Positions 38,740 through 50,868 of a stretch of 64,000 nt of DNA are shown here, one piece after another. The first letter of the stretch is position 1; the number at the start of each line of letters is the position of its first letter. The stretch lies in contig CAWAUB010000010.1 in NCBI GenBank assembly GCA_963785155.1, positions 1,829 to 65,828 on the forward strand. Direction: 5' to 3'. The stretch comes from an uncultured Thermoleophilia bacterium (lineage in GTDB: Bacteria; Actinomycetota; Thermoleophilia; Solirubrobacterales; 70-9). The notes under the pieces are model-generated. The model had not been told where the DNA came from and made no database searches. It saw only the letters and a list, made by a program, of their open reading frames with translations. Both the position numbers and the translations under genes were made by a program.

Positions 38740-40620
38740 TTGAGTAAGGCCGTCGAAGAGAAGGAGCGGGTTGTAGTCCGGTTCGCCGGGGACTCCGGCG
38801 ACGGCATCCAGCTCGCGGGCACTCGCTTCGCGGCGGCGACGGCGATGATCGGGAACGACCTGGTCACGCTGCCGGACTTCCCGGCGGAGATCAGGGCGCC
38901 GGCGGGAACCCTGGCCGGGGTCTCGGCTTTCCAGATCCACTTCGCCTCGCGCCACATCCTCACCCCGGGCGCGCAGCCGAACGTGCTCGTCGCGATGAAC
39001 CCGGCCGCGCTGAAGGTGAACCTCCCGCAGCTGGGCCGAAGCGGCATCATCATCGTCAACGAGGACGGCTTCTCCGAGCACAACCTGCGCAAGGCCGAGT
39101 ACGAGTCGAACCCGCTCGAGGACGGCACGCTCGACGACCTCCGCGTCTACCGCGTACCGATGACCTCGATGACGGTGCGGGCGACGGAGGGGATCGACGG
39201 GATCAGCTCGCGCGACGCCGCGCGGTCGAAGAACTTCTTCGCCCTCGGCCTCGTCTCCTGGATGTACAGCCGCCCGACCGACGTCACGGTCGACTGGATC
39301 GAGGACAAGTTCTCCGAGACCGAGGACGTCAGGGAGGCCAACCTCGCCGCGTTCCGCGCCGGCTACAACTTCGGCGAGACCGCCGAGCTGCTCCAGGTCC
39401 ACTACGAGGTGAAGCCGGCCGAGGCCGAGCCGGGCACCTATCGCGGCGTGAACGGGACGACGGCGACCGCGCTCGGGCTCGTGGCGGCGAGCGTCCGCAG
39501 CGGTCTCCCGCTCTTCCTGGCGAGCTACCCGATCACACCGGCGTCGGAGATCCTCCACGAGCTCTCCCGCCAGCGTCGCTTCGGCGTCCGCACCGTTCAG
39601 GCCGAGGACGAGATCGCCGCCGCCAATATGGCGCTCGGAGCGGCGTTCGGCGGCCACCTCGGCGTCACCGCGACGAGCGGCCCGGGCATGGACCTGAAGG
39701 CGGAGACGATCGGGCTCGCGGTGGCGCTCGAGCTGCCGCTGCTCGTGATCGACGTCCAGCGCGCCGGCCCTTCGACCGGGATGCCGACCAAGACCGAGGC
39801 GGCCGACCTGCTGATGGCGATCCACGGCCGCCACGGCGAGTCGCCCCTGCCGGTCATCGCCGCCTCCTCCCCGGCCCAGTGCTTCGACGCGGTGATCGAG
39901 GCGGCGCGGATCGCGGTGACCTACCGGACGCCGGTGATCCTCCTGACCGACACCTTCATCGCCAACTCGTCGGAGCCGTGGCGGCTGCCGAACGCCGCGG
40001 ACCTTCCCGAGTTCGATCCGCACTTCGCGACGGAGCCGAACAAGGGCGACGAGTTCTGGCCGTATCTGCGCGACGAGCGTGGCGCGCGGCCCTGGGCGCT
40101 GCCGGGAACCGAGGGCCTCCAGCACGTGATCGGCGGGCTCGAGAAGGAGGAGGGCACCGGCCACATCTCCTACGACGCCGCCAACCACTCGGAGATGACC
40201 CGCCTCAGGGCGGAGAAGATCGCCGGGATCGCCGGCGAGATCGATGAGCTCGAGGTGGACGACCCCGACGGAGCGGAGATGCTGGTGCTCGGCTGGGGCT
40301 CCACCTACGGCGCGGTCAAGGGCGCCGTGCGCCGGGTCCGGCTGCGCGGCGAGAAGGTCGCCCGGGCGCACCTGCATCACCTGAACCCGCTGCCGCGCAA
40401 CACCGGGGAGGTGGTCCGCTCCTACTCGAAGGTGTTGGTGCCCGAGACCAACACCGGCCAGCTGAGCCGGATCCTCCGCGACGAGTTCCTCGTCGACGTC
40501 GAGGGCTACAACAAGGTCGAGGGCATCCCGATCTTTGCCGAGGAGCTCGACGAAATCATCACCGACCGGATCCTCCGAACTATGGGACGCGTCCGAGTCC
40601 GGCCGGGCGCGGGTAGATGA
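38740..40620 (+). CDS. korA: 2-oxoglutarate:ferredoxin oxidoreductase, alpha subunit
   Basis: The ORF is 626 aa: VRFAGDSGDGIQLAGTRFAAATAMIGNDLVTLPDFPAEIRAPAGTLAGVSAFQIHF...YPITPASEILHEL...ATSGPGMDLK. Confidence 0.9.
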   Translation: MSKAVEEKERVVVRFAGDSGDGIQLAGTRFAAATAMIGNDLVTLPDFPAEIRAPAGTLAGVSAFQIHFASRHILTPGAQPNVLVAMNPAALKVNLPQLGRSGIIIVNEDGFSEHNLRKAEYESNPLEDGTLDDLRVYRVPMTSMTVRATEGIDGISSRDAARSKNFFALGLVSWMYSRPTDVTVDWIEDKFSETEDVREANLAAFRAGYNFGETAELLQVHYEVKPAEAEPGTYRGVNGTTATALGLVAASVRSGLPLFLASYPITPASEILHELSRQRRFGVRTVQAEDEIAAANMALGAAFGGHLGVTATSGPGMDLKAETIGLAVALELPLLVIDVQRAGPSTGMPTKTEAADLLMAIHGRHGESPLPVIAASSPAQCFDAVIEAARIAVTYRTPVILLTDTFIANSSEPWRLPNAADLPEFDPHFATEPNKGDEFWPYLRDERGARPWALPGTEGLQHVIGGLEKEEGTGHISYDAANHSEMTRLRAEKIAGIAGEIDELEVDDPDGAEMLVLGWGSTYGAVKGAVRRVRLRGEKVARAHLHHLNPLPRNTGEVVRSYSKVLVPETNTGQLSRILRDEFLVDVEGYNKVEGIPIFAEELDEIITDRILRTMGRVRVRPGAGR

Positions 40621-41643
40621 GTCTCAACGGAGACAGCGCGCTCGAGCCTGACGAAGAAGGACTTCGCCTCCGACCAGGAGACGCGCTGGTGCCCGGGCTG
40701 CGGCGACTACGCGATCCTCGCCACGGTCCAGCAGTTCCTGCCCGAGCTCGACCTGCCGCCGGAGCGGCACGTCTTCATCGCCGGGATCGGCTGCTCCGGC
40801 CGCTTCGCCTACTACATGAACACCTACGGGATGCACGGCATCCACGGCCGCGCGCCGGCGATCGCGACCGGCATCGCGCTCGCGCGGCCCGACCTCTCGG
40901 TCTGGGTCGTGACGGGTGACGGCGACGGCCTCTCGATCGGCGGCAACCACCTGATCCACGCGCTGCGGCGGAACGTCCCGATCAAGATTTTGCTCTTCAA
41001 CAACCAGATCTACGGGCTGACCAAGGGCCAGTACTCACCGACCTCGGAGCAGGGCAAGGTCACCAAGTCCACCCCGTTCGGCTCCCACGACCATCCGTTC
41101 AACCCGATCGCGCTCGCGCTCGGCGCCGAGGCCAGCTTCGCCGCGCGCACCGTCGACACCGACCGCACGCACCAGGCGGAGGTCCTTCGCGCCGCTGCCG
41201 AACACGAGGGCTCCTCCTTCGTCGAGATCTACCAGAACTGCAACGTCTTCAACGACGGCGCCTTCGAGGCCGTGCGCGGCAAGCGCCGGGCGGAGAACCA
41301 GATCCGCCTGGAGCACGGTGAGCCGATCCGCTTCGGCGCCGAGCTCGAGCGCGGCATCGTCCGCGGCGACGACCAGCGGCTCGGCATCGCGGAGATCGCC
41401 GACGTCGGTGAGGACGCGCTGCTCGTCCACGACGCCCACGACCCGAACCCCAGCCAGGCCTTCGCCCTCGCCCACCTCGCCGAGCTGCCGACCGGGCCGA
41501 CCCCGATCGGCATCTTCCGCGACATCGACCGCCCGGTCTACGCCGAGGCGCTCACCAACAAGCTCGAGGGCGAGCACGGCCAGGCCGGCCCGGCGGAGCT
41601 CGACGCCCTGCTCCGCTCGGGCGACACCTGGACCGTTACCTAG
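40617..41643 (+). CDS. korB: 2-oxoglutarate:ferredoxin oxidoreductase, beta subunit; one apparent frameshift near 40640-40650
   Basis: The ATG at 40617 overlaps the korA stop (ATGA). After about 10 codons the sensible frame shifts (own translation): LTKKDFASDQETRWCPGCGDYAILATVQQFLPEL...IAGIGCSGRFAYYMNTYGMHGIHGRAPAIATG...VTGDGDGLSIGGNH. That frame continues to 41643. Confidence 0.8.
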
Positions 41644-41646
41644 CCC

Positions 41647-43149
41647 CTAGAGCTCGGCGAGAACCTCGGCCGCCACGCGCTCTCCTGAGCGGATCGCGCC
41701 GTCCATGTAGCCGACCCAGTAGCCCGAGGTCTCGGTGCCGGCCCAGTGGATGCGGCCGGCTGGCTCGCGCAGGGCACGGCCGTACGCGCTCAGAGCGCCT
41801 GGAGAGGTGAAGCCGACCGGGCCGCCGCGGGACCAGCGCTCGCCCGGCCAATCGGACTCGAAGTACTGAGTTGGGCTTCCCGCGGGTGCGCCGAAGTACT
41901 TGGTGAAGTTGGCGAGGACGGCGGCGCGGCGCGCGTCGGGGGACATCCGCGCGAACTCGCGCGCGAGGTCGCCGCCGACGAAGCCGAAGATGATCCCGGG
42001 CGAGCCGTCGGGCGGCGAGGCGTCGTAGGTCACCTGGACCGGCCCGTCGTAGGAGACGACCGTCCCGTTCAACCCCTGCTCGCGCCAGAACGGCTTGTCG
42101 TAGACCGCGGTCGCCTTCATCAGCGTGCCCTGCGAGATCCGCTGGGTGAGCTGATCGCGCTCGGTGGGAAGCGCGGGCTCGCATTCGATCCGGGCGGCGA
42201 GCGATGGCGGGATCGCGACGATCGCCCGCTTCGCCTTGACCGTGACCCCCTTCGCCTCGACGGTCACGCCTCCGCCCTTCTGCTTGATCCGCTCGACCGG
42301 CGCCTTCTTGATCACCCGCTTGCTGCCGAGCTCGGCGGCCATCCGGTCGCAGATCAGCCCTGTGCCCCCGACGAACCGCGATTCCTGCGCGCCGCCGCGG
42401 GTGTTGAAGTTGCGCTCGAAGGTCCCGACGTTCTGCTCGTTGCCGGAGGCGGCGATGTAGAAGAGGACGTAGAGCAGCGAGAGCTCGCGCGGCTCGGCAC
42501 CGAAGATCGGCCGCGTCGCGAGGGAGACGATCTCCTTGAACTGCGGGGTGACGCTGTTCGACTCGATCCACGAGGCGAACGTCTCGCTGTCGAGGTCGAC
42601 GGCGCCGGCGGCGTCGTAGGGCCGTTCGACGTCGATCGCTGCCGCCATATCGTTCAGCCGGGCGACGGCCTGCGCCAGGTCGCCGAGGATCAACGGGTCG
42701 GGCGGCGCGGTGCCGGTCGGCCCCGTGTCCGAGTAGGTCGAGCGGGCGCCGGTCGAGTCGACGTAGACGTTCTGGCCTTCGACGAAGGTCGGGAAGGTGT
42801 CGACGCCGAAGCGCTTGGCCATCGCCTGCAACCGGTCCTGGGTCGGCCCGGTGAAGGTGCCGCCCTTCTCGGAGATCTCCCCGCCGCCGATGTCCGCGTT
42901 GTGGACGCGTCCGCCGACGCGGTTGCGCGCCTCCAGCACGATCACCGACTTGCCGGCTGCGACCAGCCCGAGGGCTGCCGTCAGCCCGGCGAAGCCGGCG
43001 CCGACGATCGCGACGTCGGCGCTCCGCCGTTTCCCGCTTGGCTTCGCCGCCGCCGGGTCGGGCTGGAGCGCCCGGGGCAGTGCGGCGCCCGCGGCGCCCG
43101 CGGCGGCGCCGCCGACGAGGCCTCTGCGACTGATCCGTGCTCCTGCCAC
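41647..43149 (-). CDS. Secreted (Tat-signal) flavin-dependent amine oxidase
   Basis: The Tat-like N-terminus is RISRRGLVGGAAAGAAGAAL. The FAD motif is DVAIVGAGFAGLTAALGL...VLEARNRVGGRV. The ORF is 500 aa. Confidence 0.85.
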   Translation of the reverse strand: MAGARISRRGLVGGAAAGAAGAALPRALQPDPAAAKPSGKRRSADVAIVGAGFAGLTAALGLVAAGKSVIVLEARNRVGGRVHNADIGGGEISEKGGTFTGPTQDRLQAMAKRFGVDTFPTFVEGQNVYVDSTGARSTYSDTGPTGTAPPDPLILGDLAQAVARLNDMAAAIDVERPYDAAGAVDLDSETFASWIESNSVTPQFKEIVSLATRPIFGAEPRELSLLYVLFYIAASGNEQNVGTFERNFNTRGGAQESRFVGGTGLICDRMAAELGSKRVIKKAPVERIKQKGGGVTVEAKGVTVKAKRAIVAIPPSLAARIECEPALPTERDQLTQRISQGTLMKATAVYDKPFWREQGLNGTVVSYDGPVQVTYDASPPDGSPGIIFGFVGGDLAREFARMSPDARRAAVLANFTKYFGAPAGSPTQYFESDWPGERWSRGGPVGFTSPGALSAYGRALREPAGRIHWAGTETSGYWVGYMDGAIRSGERVAAEVLAEL

Positions 43150-43204
43150 AAACCGGATTCTTCCCTCTTGCTCGCGCCGATGCGCCAGCTGCCGACGCCC
43201 TGAG

Positions 43205-44701
43205 CTAGCCCGACAGCTTCGAGCTCGCCTTGATCTTCTTGCCGCGGTTGCCGGCGGCGTCGGTCCCGCGGGCGGTGAACTTCGCGGTCACCTTGCCGGC
43301 GTCGCGCGCGGCGCGCTTCTCATCGCCGTCGAGCTTCCAGCTCACCTTGCCGGTGCCGCCGGGGCCGAGCTCGACCGACTTTTCCTTCGGCTTCGCGATC
43401 GTCCCTCGCCGCGCCGACTTGCCCGAGGCGACGACCTTCAGCTGCGCGGTCACCTCGGCCGCCTCGACGGTCGCAAGCTCGAGCTTGATCTTGCCGCCGG
43501 CCTGCTGGCGCTTCGCCGCCTCGGCTTCGATCTCCGGCGGGGTGGTGTCGCCACCGGTCTCGCAGGTCGACGGGGAGTCGCCCACGAAGCGGGAGACCGC
43601 GCCGTTCAACGAGGCGACGTAAAGGTGGCCGCAGGCGTCCTCGCCGAACGAGCTTGGCCGGGCGACGTTGAGGTTCTCGGAGCGATCGCCGCTCGCACGC
43701 GGGAGGCCGGGGACGAGCGAGCGGATCTGGCCGTCGCAGTTATCCGAGTAGACGTAGCGGCCGGCGAGGTCGCCGAGGCTCGGGTCGCGGGCGACATAGC
43801 CCCCGGTGACCGAGCAGCCGCCGCCCGAGTGCGAGTACTCGTGGATCGGGTCGGTGAACCCCGTGGCGCCGACGCAAAGAGGGTCGGAAGTCGCGAATGG
43901 CGCGGAGCCTTCGCGACAGCTCCAGCCGAAGTTGTCGCCGCGACCGGCCTGAGGCTGGGGCTCGTAGTCGATCTCCTCGATCAGGTTCTGGCCGACGTCG
44001 CCGATGGAGAGCGCGCCGGTCTGGCGGTCGAAGGAGAAGCGGAACGGATTGCGCAGCCCGTAGCTCCAGATCTCGTCGGCCCCCGCCACCGCGCCGGCGA
44101 ACGGGTTGTCGGCCGGCACTCCGTAGGGAGCGCCGCCGCTCGGGCGCGGGTCGATACGCAGCAGCTTCCCGAGCAGCGCGTTGAGGTTCTGGGCGTTGTG
44201 GAAGCTGTCGCCTCCGCCGCCACCGTCACCCGTGCCGATGTAGAGGTAACCGTCGGGTCCGAACTGGATCTGGCCGCCATTGTGATTGCTCGCCTGGCCG
44301 TGGGGCACCGTGAGCACCGGTCGGCGGGTGGCCGGATCGACGGCGTTCCCCGAGGAGACGAACTCGTCGATCTGGATGTCCCCGTTCGGCCGCGACGTGT
44401 AATAGACGTAGAACCGCCCGCTGGACGCGAAGTCCGGGGCGAAGGCCATCGACAGCAGGCCCCGCTCCCCGCAACAGAGCGTGAGCGTGGTGATGTCCAG
44501 GAAGGTGTTGGTCGATCCGCCGGCGATCAGCCTGATCGTTCCGCCCTGCTCGACGACGAAGAGGCGCTTGGCGTCGTTCGGATCCGAGGTGACGAATACC
44601 GGGCTCGCGAAGCGGCCGACCTCCTGCAGGGTCGCGGCGCTCGCAGGGGCCGCCGCAAGCAGCGCCACGAGCCCGACCGCGATCGCAAAGATTCTCCGCA
44701 T
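43205..44701 (-). CDS. Secreted PQQ-dependent (soluble glucose/sorbosone dehydrogenase-type) sugar dehydrogenase with a C-terminal Ig-like extension
   Basis: The signal peptide is MRRIFAIAVGLVALLAAAPASA. Also present are GERGLLSMAFAPDF...HNGGQIQFGPDGYLYIGTGDGG...GKLLRIDP...EIWSYGLRNPFRFSFD. Confidence 0.8.
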   Translation of the reverse strand: MRRIFAIAVGLVALLAAAPASAATLQEVGRFASPVFVTSDPNDAKRLFVVEQGGTIRLIAGGSTNTFLDITTLTLCCGERGLLSMAFAPDFASSGRFYVYYTSRPNGDIQIDEFVSSGNAVDPATRRPVLTVPHGQASNHNGGQIQFGPDGYLYIGTGDGGGGGDSFHNAQNLNALLGKLLRIDPRPSGGAPYGVPADNPFAGAVAGADEIWSYGLRNPFRFSFDRQTGALSIGDVGQNLIEEIDYEPQPQAGRGDNFGWSCREGSAPFATSDPLCVGATGFTDPIHEYSHSGGGCSVTGGYVARDPSLGDLAGRYVYSDNCDGQIRSLVPGLPRASGDRSENLNVARPSSFGEDACGHLYVASLNGAVSRFVGDSPSTCETGGDTTPPEIEAEAAKRQQAGGKIKLELATVEAAEVTAQLKVVASGKSARRGTIAKPKEKSVELGPGGTGKVSWKLDGDEKRAARDAGKVTAKFTARGTDAAGNRGKKIKASSKLSG

Positions 44702-44745
44702 GCCCCTCGAACACCATTATCGGTGCCGAGGAGCGGAGGCGTGAG

Positions 44746-44940
44746 CTACGCGGACGCCAGCGCGGCGCGCCTGATCACGGCCACGGCGAGGTGCTCGCCG
44801 CAGTCGGGGCAGGCACGCATCCGCGTCCAGGACCGGTGCTCGCCGCCGCAGCTCGCGCACTCGTAGTTGCGCTCGAGCCCGACGAGGCGTCGCGACCCTT
44901 CACCCGGTGAGAACGTCTTGTCCAGCTTCTTCGTCTTCAT
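44746..44940 (-). CDS. Small zinc-ribbon protein (hypothetical)
   Basis: MKTKKLDKTF... has CASCGG and CPDCGE pairs. The ORF is 64 aa from the ATG at 44940. Confidence 0.45.
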   Translation of the reverse strand: MKTKKLDKTFSPGEGSRRLVGLERNYECASCGGEHRSWTRMRACPDCGEHLAVAVIRRAALASA

Positions 44941-45007
44941 GGGCAACATGTTCGCGGGCCGGGACGCACGAACCTATGGACAGAGGTCGAAGATCTAGCC
45001 TCCTTCC

Positions 45008-45349
45008 ATGTCCACGGCGTCCACCCCCGCTCACGAGCTGCGCCGCGCACGCCCGGGCGCGCTCTATCCCTGGGTGCGCCGCGCCTCCTGGCTCGAGGCG
45101 GCGATCTTCCTCGCCCTCGTCTTCTTCTGGCTGGCGCCCGGGTTCCCGTCGGAGACGACCGCCTTCGGCTGGGCGCACGGGATCGGCTATCTGGCGCTGC
45201 TCGGGCTGATCTTCGTCGCCGTGATCCGCCACGAGGTGCCGTTCTGGCTCCTCGCGGCAACCTTCACCCCGCTGGGCCCGATCGGCAGCGTCGCCGGGAT
45301 CGCCTGGCTCGATCGCCGGGATCGGCGCGAGGCGGCCGCGGGGTTTTGA
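45008..45349 (+). CDS. Small integral membrane protein (DUF3817-like)
   Basis: The 113-aa ORF has three hydrophobic helices. The pattern WLEAAIFLALVFFW...GWAHGIGYLALLGLIFV is typical of that family, judged by eye. Confidence 0.5.
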   Translation: MSTASTPAHELRRARPGALYPWVRRASWLEAAIFLALVFFWLAPGFPSETTAFGWAHGIGYLALLGLIFVAVIRHEVPFWLLAATFTPLGPIGSVAGIAWLDRRDRREAAAGF

Positions 45350-45377
45350 TCCGCGCGATCTGGATATCTTTGGCTCG

Positions 45378-45884
45378 ATGACCAGATCGTGGGCCTTGGC
45401 AGCAGCTGGTGGGCTCGCCGCGAGTGCGGCGTTCGCGGTCGGCTGCGGCGGCGAGGAATTCGAAAGCCAGACGCTGGTCTACGACTCGCCGACGATCGAG
45501 ATCGAGGTCATCGACAACCCCCCGAAGGACGCCAGCCGCGCCGACACCCGCGCGTTCAACTCACCGCTCATCGAGGAGGGCACCGACGAGGAGGTCGGGC
45601 GCCTCGACGGCACGGTGCTGGTCACGGACGTCGAAGAGCGCGACGGCGAGGAGGTCGAGTACCGCACCGGCACGATCCAGTTCACGCTCGACGAGGGGAA
45701 CATCGTGGCCGCGGGCGTCTACGTCGCGCCGGTGGGCACGGTCGTCCCGGCCAAGGGCGGCGTGTCACGGCCGATCATCGGGGGGACCGGGGCATACCTG
45801 AACGCCAGGGGCCAGGTCACGCAGACCGACCTGGGCGGCGGCGCGTATCGCAGTGAGCTCCAGCTGGAGCTTCCGAGCGAGTAG
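45378..45884 (+). CDS. Lipoprotein of unknown function (dirigent-like C-terminal signature)
   Basis: The lipobox is AAFAVGC. The acidic mature protein has the C-terminal signature RPIIGGTGAYLNARGQV. Confidence 0.55.
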   Translation: MTRSWALAAAGGLAASAAFAVGCGGEEFESQTLVYDSPTIEIEVIDNPPKDASRADTRAFNSPLIEEGTDEEVGRLDGTVLVTDVEERDGEEVEYRTGTIQFTLDEGNIVAAGVYVAPVGTVVPAKGGVSRPIIGGTGAYLNARGQVTQTDLGGGAYRSELQLELPSE

Positions 45885-45911
45885 CGCGCGAAGACAGGCG
45901 TGGTTGTGGGG

Positions 45912-45940
45912 TTGACAGGGATGGTCAGCTGGGAGACAAT
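45912..45940 (+). promoter_or_regulatory. Candidate sigma-70-type promoter for the sRNA candidate
   Basis: TTGACA (45912-45917), a 17-nt spacer, then GACAAT (45935-45940). It lies in an intergenic region with no downstream plus-strand CDS. Confidence 0.3.
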
Positions 45941-45975
45941 GGACGCACACGCAGGGGCCTTTTTTTCCAAGGCTC

Positions 45976-46103
45976 GTTCCCGGTCAGTCCCGCCTCCGGG
46001 AACGATCGCGTCGGCATCCCTCCCTGGCTACCGACGCGCAGGCGTGGGTGCGGGTTGTGTGGACCCCCTGCCTCCCACAGCCCCACTCACGCCATCCTTT
46101 TTC
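45976..46103 (+). ncRNA. 6C-like small RNA candidate (hairpins with C-rich loops plus an intrinsic terminator)
   Basis: Hairpin A: GTTCCCGG/CCGGGAAC (45976-46003). Hairpin B: GCGTCGG/CCGACGC (46008-46037) with loop CAUCCCUCCCUGGCUA. Hairpin C: a long GC stem from GGCGTGGGTG... to ...CCCCACTCACGCC (46041-46093) with loop ACCCCCUGCCU, followed by AUCCUUUUU (46094-46102). Confidence 0.45.
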
Positions 46104-46116
46104 GGACGGGAGTCGC

Positions 46117-48928
<2,812 letters not shown>

Positions 48929-49872
48929 GCATTCAGTATCCCCGATAGGCGAGCTCGCAACACCTCTGAGCGTGCGCCCGACGAACAGCGGCGCGTGGGC
49001 GACATGGAAGTGGGTGAAGCGCAACCGTTCGAGAGCCCGGCCACGGCGTGCGCCTGGTCGCTGCCGTGCGTCGTCCGCTTGCTTCGCTGCCGTGCGGTGG
49101 TAGCGGAGGCTGTCGGTTTCGACGACGAGGCCTAGATCCGGCCAGAAGAAGTCGACCTTGAAGCCGTTGATCCATTGCTGGGTGAGCGGTGGCGGGAGGC
49201 CGGCGCGAGCGGCGATCGGGAGGAAGAGGCGCTCGAGCTCGGTGGTTGGGAGATGGAGGGCGTACTTGAGGAGGGTTCGTCGGAGGGTGGCGATTCCCGC
49301 GCGGCGTGGCTGTTCTTCCAGCGAGGCGAGTAGGGCGGGCGGGGAGATGCGGTCGAGTCGGTCGGCTTCGTTGATGGCGTGCTCGAGCTGGCGGGGGCCG
49401 ACGGTTGCGGCGAGGTCGATGAGGGTGAGGGTTGGGCTGGTGGTGGGGAGGCCGGCGTGGATGATCACGTCCTGCGGGTCGCAGGACGCGGCGGTGGACC
49501 TGGATTCCCGGGTGATCGACGAACAACTGCGGCATGTAGAGAGATGTGTACGGGGCCGGCGTGGTGCCATTCGATGCCCAGGTGGCTCGCCGCGTCGTCG
49601 TGACTCAGGGCGATGAGCTCGGGGCCTGGCGGGTGCTTCCAGCCACAGGCGAGCAGCGCCGCGATCCGCTCGCCACGCGTGGAGAGCTCACGACGGCCCA
49701 CGGCATACACGCCGCGATGCCGCGGATGTAGCCGTCCCTCACGGACCCGATGCTCGATCGCGTGCCTGTCCGAGCCCCAACTCGGCGAGCTGCCATCGAC
49801 GCAACCGCCCACTCCTGCTCCCGCGCGATCCGCCAGATCCGCGCTCGACTGTGCACTTTTACCGGCCATCAC
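48929..49872 (-). pseudogene. Degraded DUF559 / AbiEi-N-like gene relic, second copy
   Basis: Fragments lie in several frames: IAREQEWAV, then [43 protein letters not shown]. Further fragments are [37 protein letters not shown] and [49 protein letters not shown], then [11 protein letters not shown]. The last fragment reads without a stop into the acnA ATG. Confidence 0.55.
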
Positions 49873-49980
49873 CGGTCTAAGCGCACAGTCGACGAAATTC
49901 GCCCCGGATTTCGCGGGGGTGGCCCGTCCCTCACCCCCTACGTGCCCGCCGTTTTTGCCGTTTTGCGTCCCTCCGCGCGC

Positions 49981-50778
49981 CTAGCGCTTATCCGTCTGCC
50001 CTTTCGCGATCTCCGCCGCGACCTCGCCCGCCTTGCGGCCCGCGACTCGGCCGGATAGCTCCGGGGCCATCATCCCCACCCTCGCAAGGGCGCGTTGCCG
50101 GATCGGCCCGACCGTGACCTCGCCGCGATCCCGCTCGATCGCGGAGATGACCGCGCCGGTGACGTGCTCGGGCTTGGCGGTGCCGAGGCCCGGCGGTGGG
50201 GCGGCGCCCGAGTCGGCGAACATGCCGGCGTCGCGGACGGCTCCGGGTGAGACCACGGAGACGCCCACGCCCGTGGCACGCAGGTCCTCGCGCAGGGCGA
50301 GCGCGAAGCCGCGCAGGCCGAACTTCGTGGCGCAGTACATCGACGCGTAGGCCGTCGCCGCCTGGCCGGAGATCGACGAGATGAAGACCATGTGTCCCTC
50401 GTCGCGCTCCCGCATCGCCGGAAGCATCTCGCGCGCCAGACGCACCGGCGACTCCAGGTTCACGCGAAGCGTCCGGGTGATCTCCTCCTCCGAGAAGTCA
50501 TCCAGCTGCCCCGTGCCCGGCAGGCCGGCGTTGGCGACCAGCACGTCGACGTTTGCCGCCTCCTCGGCGAGCCGCAGCGCCGCGCCCTCCTCCGCCAGGT
50601 CGGACACGATCGAGCGGTGGCCCACTCCCGGGAGCCCAGCCACGAGCCCGTCGAGCTCCTCCGACTTGCGCGAGCTCGCGATCACGGTCGCCCCACGCTC
50701 GGCGAGAGCAAGCGCGATCGCACGCCCAAGGCCCCCGGTAGCGCCCGTCAGCAGCGCATTCTTCCCTTCGAGCCGCAT
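49981..50778 (-). CDS. Short-chain dehydrogenase/reductase (SDR)
   Basis: From the internal Met at 50778: MRLEGKNALLTGATGGLGRAIAL...NAG...YCATKFGL. The upstream 68 codons of the track ORF were rejected. Confidence 0.85.
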   Translation of the reverse strand: MRLEGKNALLTGATGGLGRAIALALAERGATVIASSRKSEELDGLVAGLPGVGHRSIVSDLAEEGAALRLAEEAANVDVLVANAGLPGTGQLDDFSEEEITRTLRVNLESPVRLAREMLPAMRERDEGHMVFISSISGQAATAYASMYCATKFGLRGFALALREDLRATGVGVSVVSPGAVRDAGMFADSGAAPPPGLGTAKPEHVTGAVISAIERDRGEVTVGPIRQRALARVGMMAPELSGRVAGRKAGEVAAEIAKGQTDKR

Positions 50779-50868
50779 TCGATCCAACCTACTCCACATG
50801 CGCTGTTTCGAAGGACCGGGCGCCGGCGAACCGGCGCCCGCGCAGCGGGCCAAAGTTACGCTCACGCG

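Noticed and set aside
35206-40380. Long minus-strand ORFs 35206..36312, 36319..37566 and 37873..40380.
   Set aside because: They are antisense to kgd and korA. Their composition is dominated by Arg/Leu/Gly/Asp/Val repeats typical of reverse-frame GC3-rich genes.
42797-44866. The 689-aa plus-strand ORF.
   Set aside because: It is antisense to the amine oxidase and PQQ dehydrogenase genes, which have clear cofactor motifs. It shows no domain-like features.
50817-50840. A 10-bp GC hairpin (CGGGCGCCGG-CGAA-CCGGCGCCCG) between the divergent SDR and acylase genes.
   Set aside because: It is real in the sequence. However, such GC palindromes are common in very GC-rich DNA, there is no U-tract or second copy, and there is not enough evidence to call it a regulatory element.
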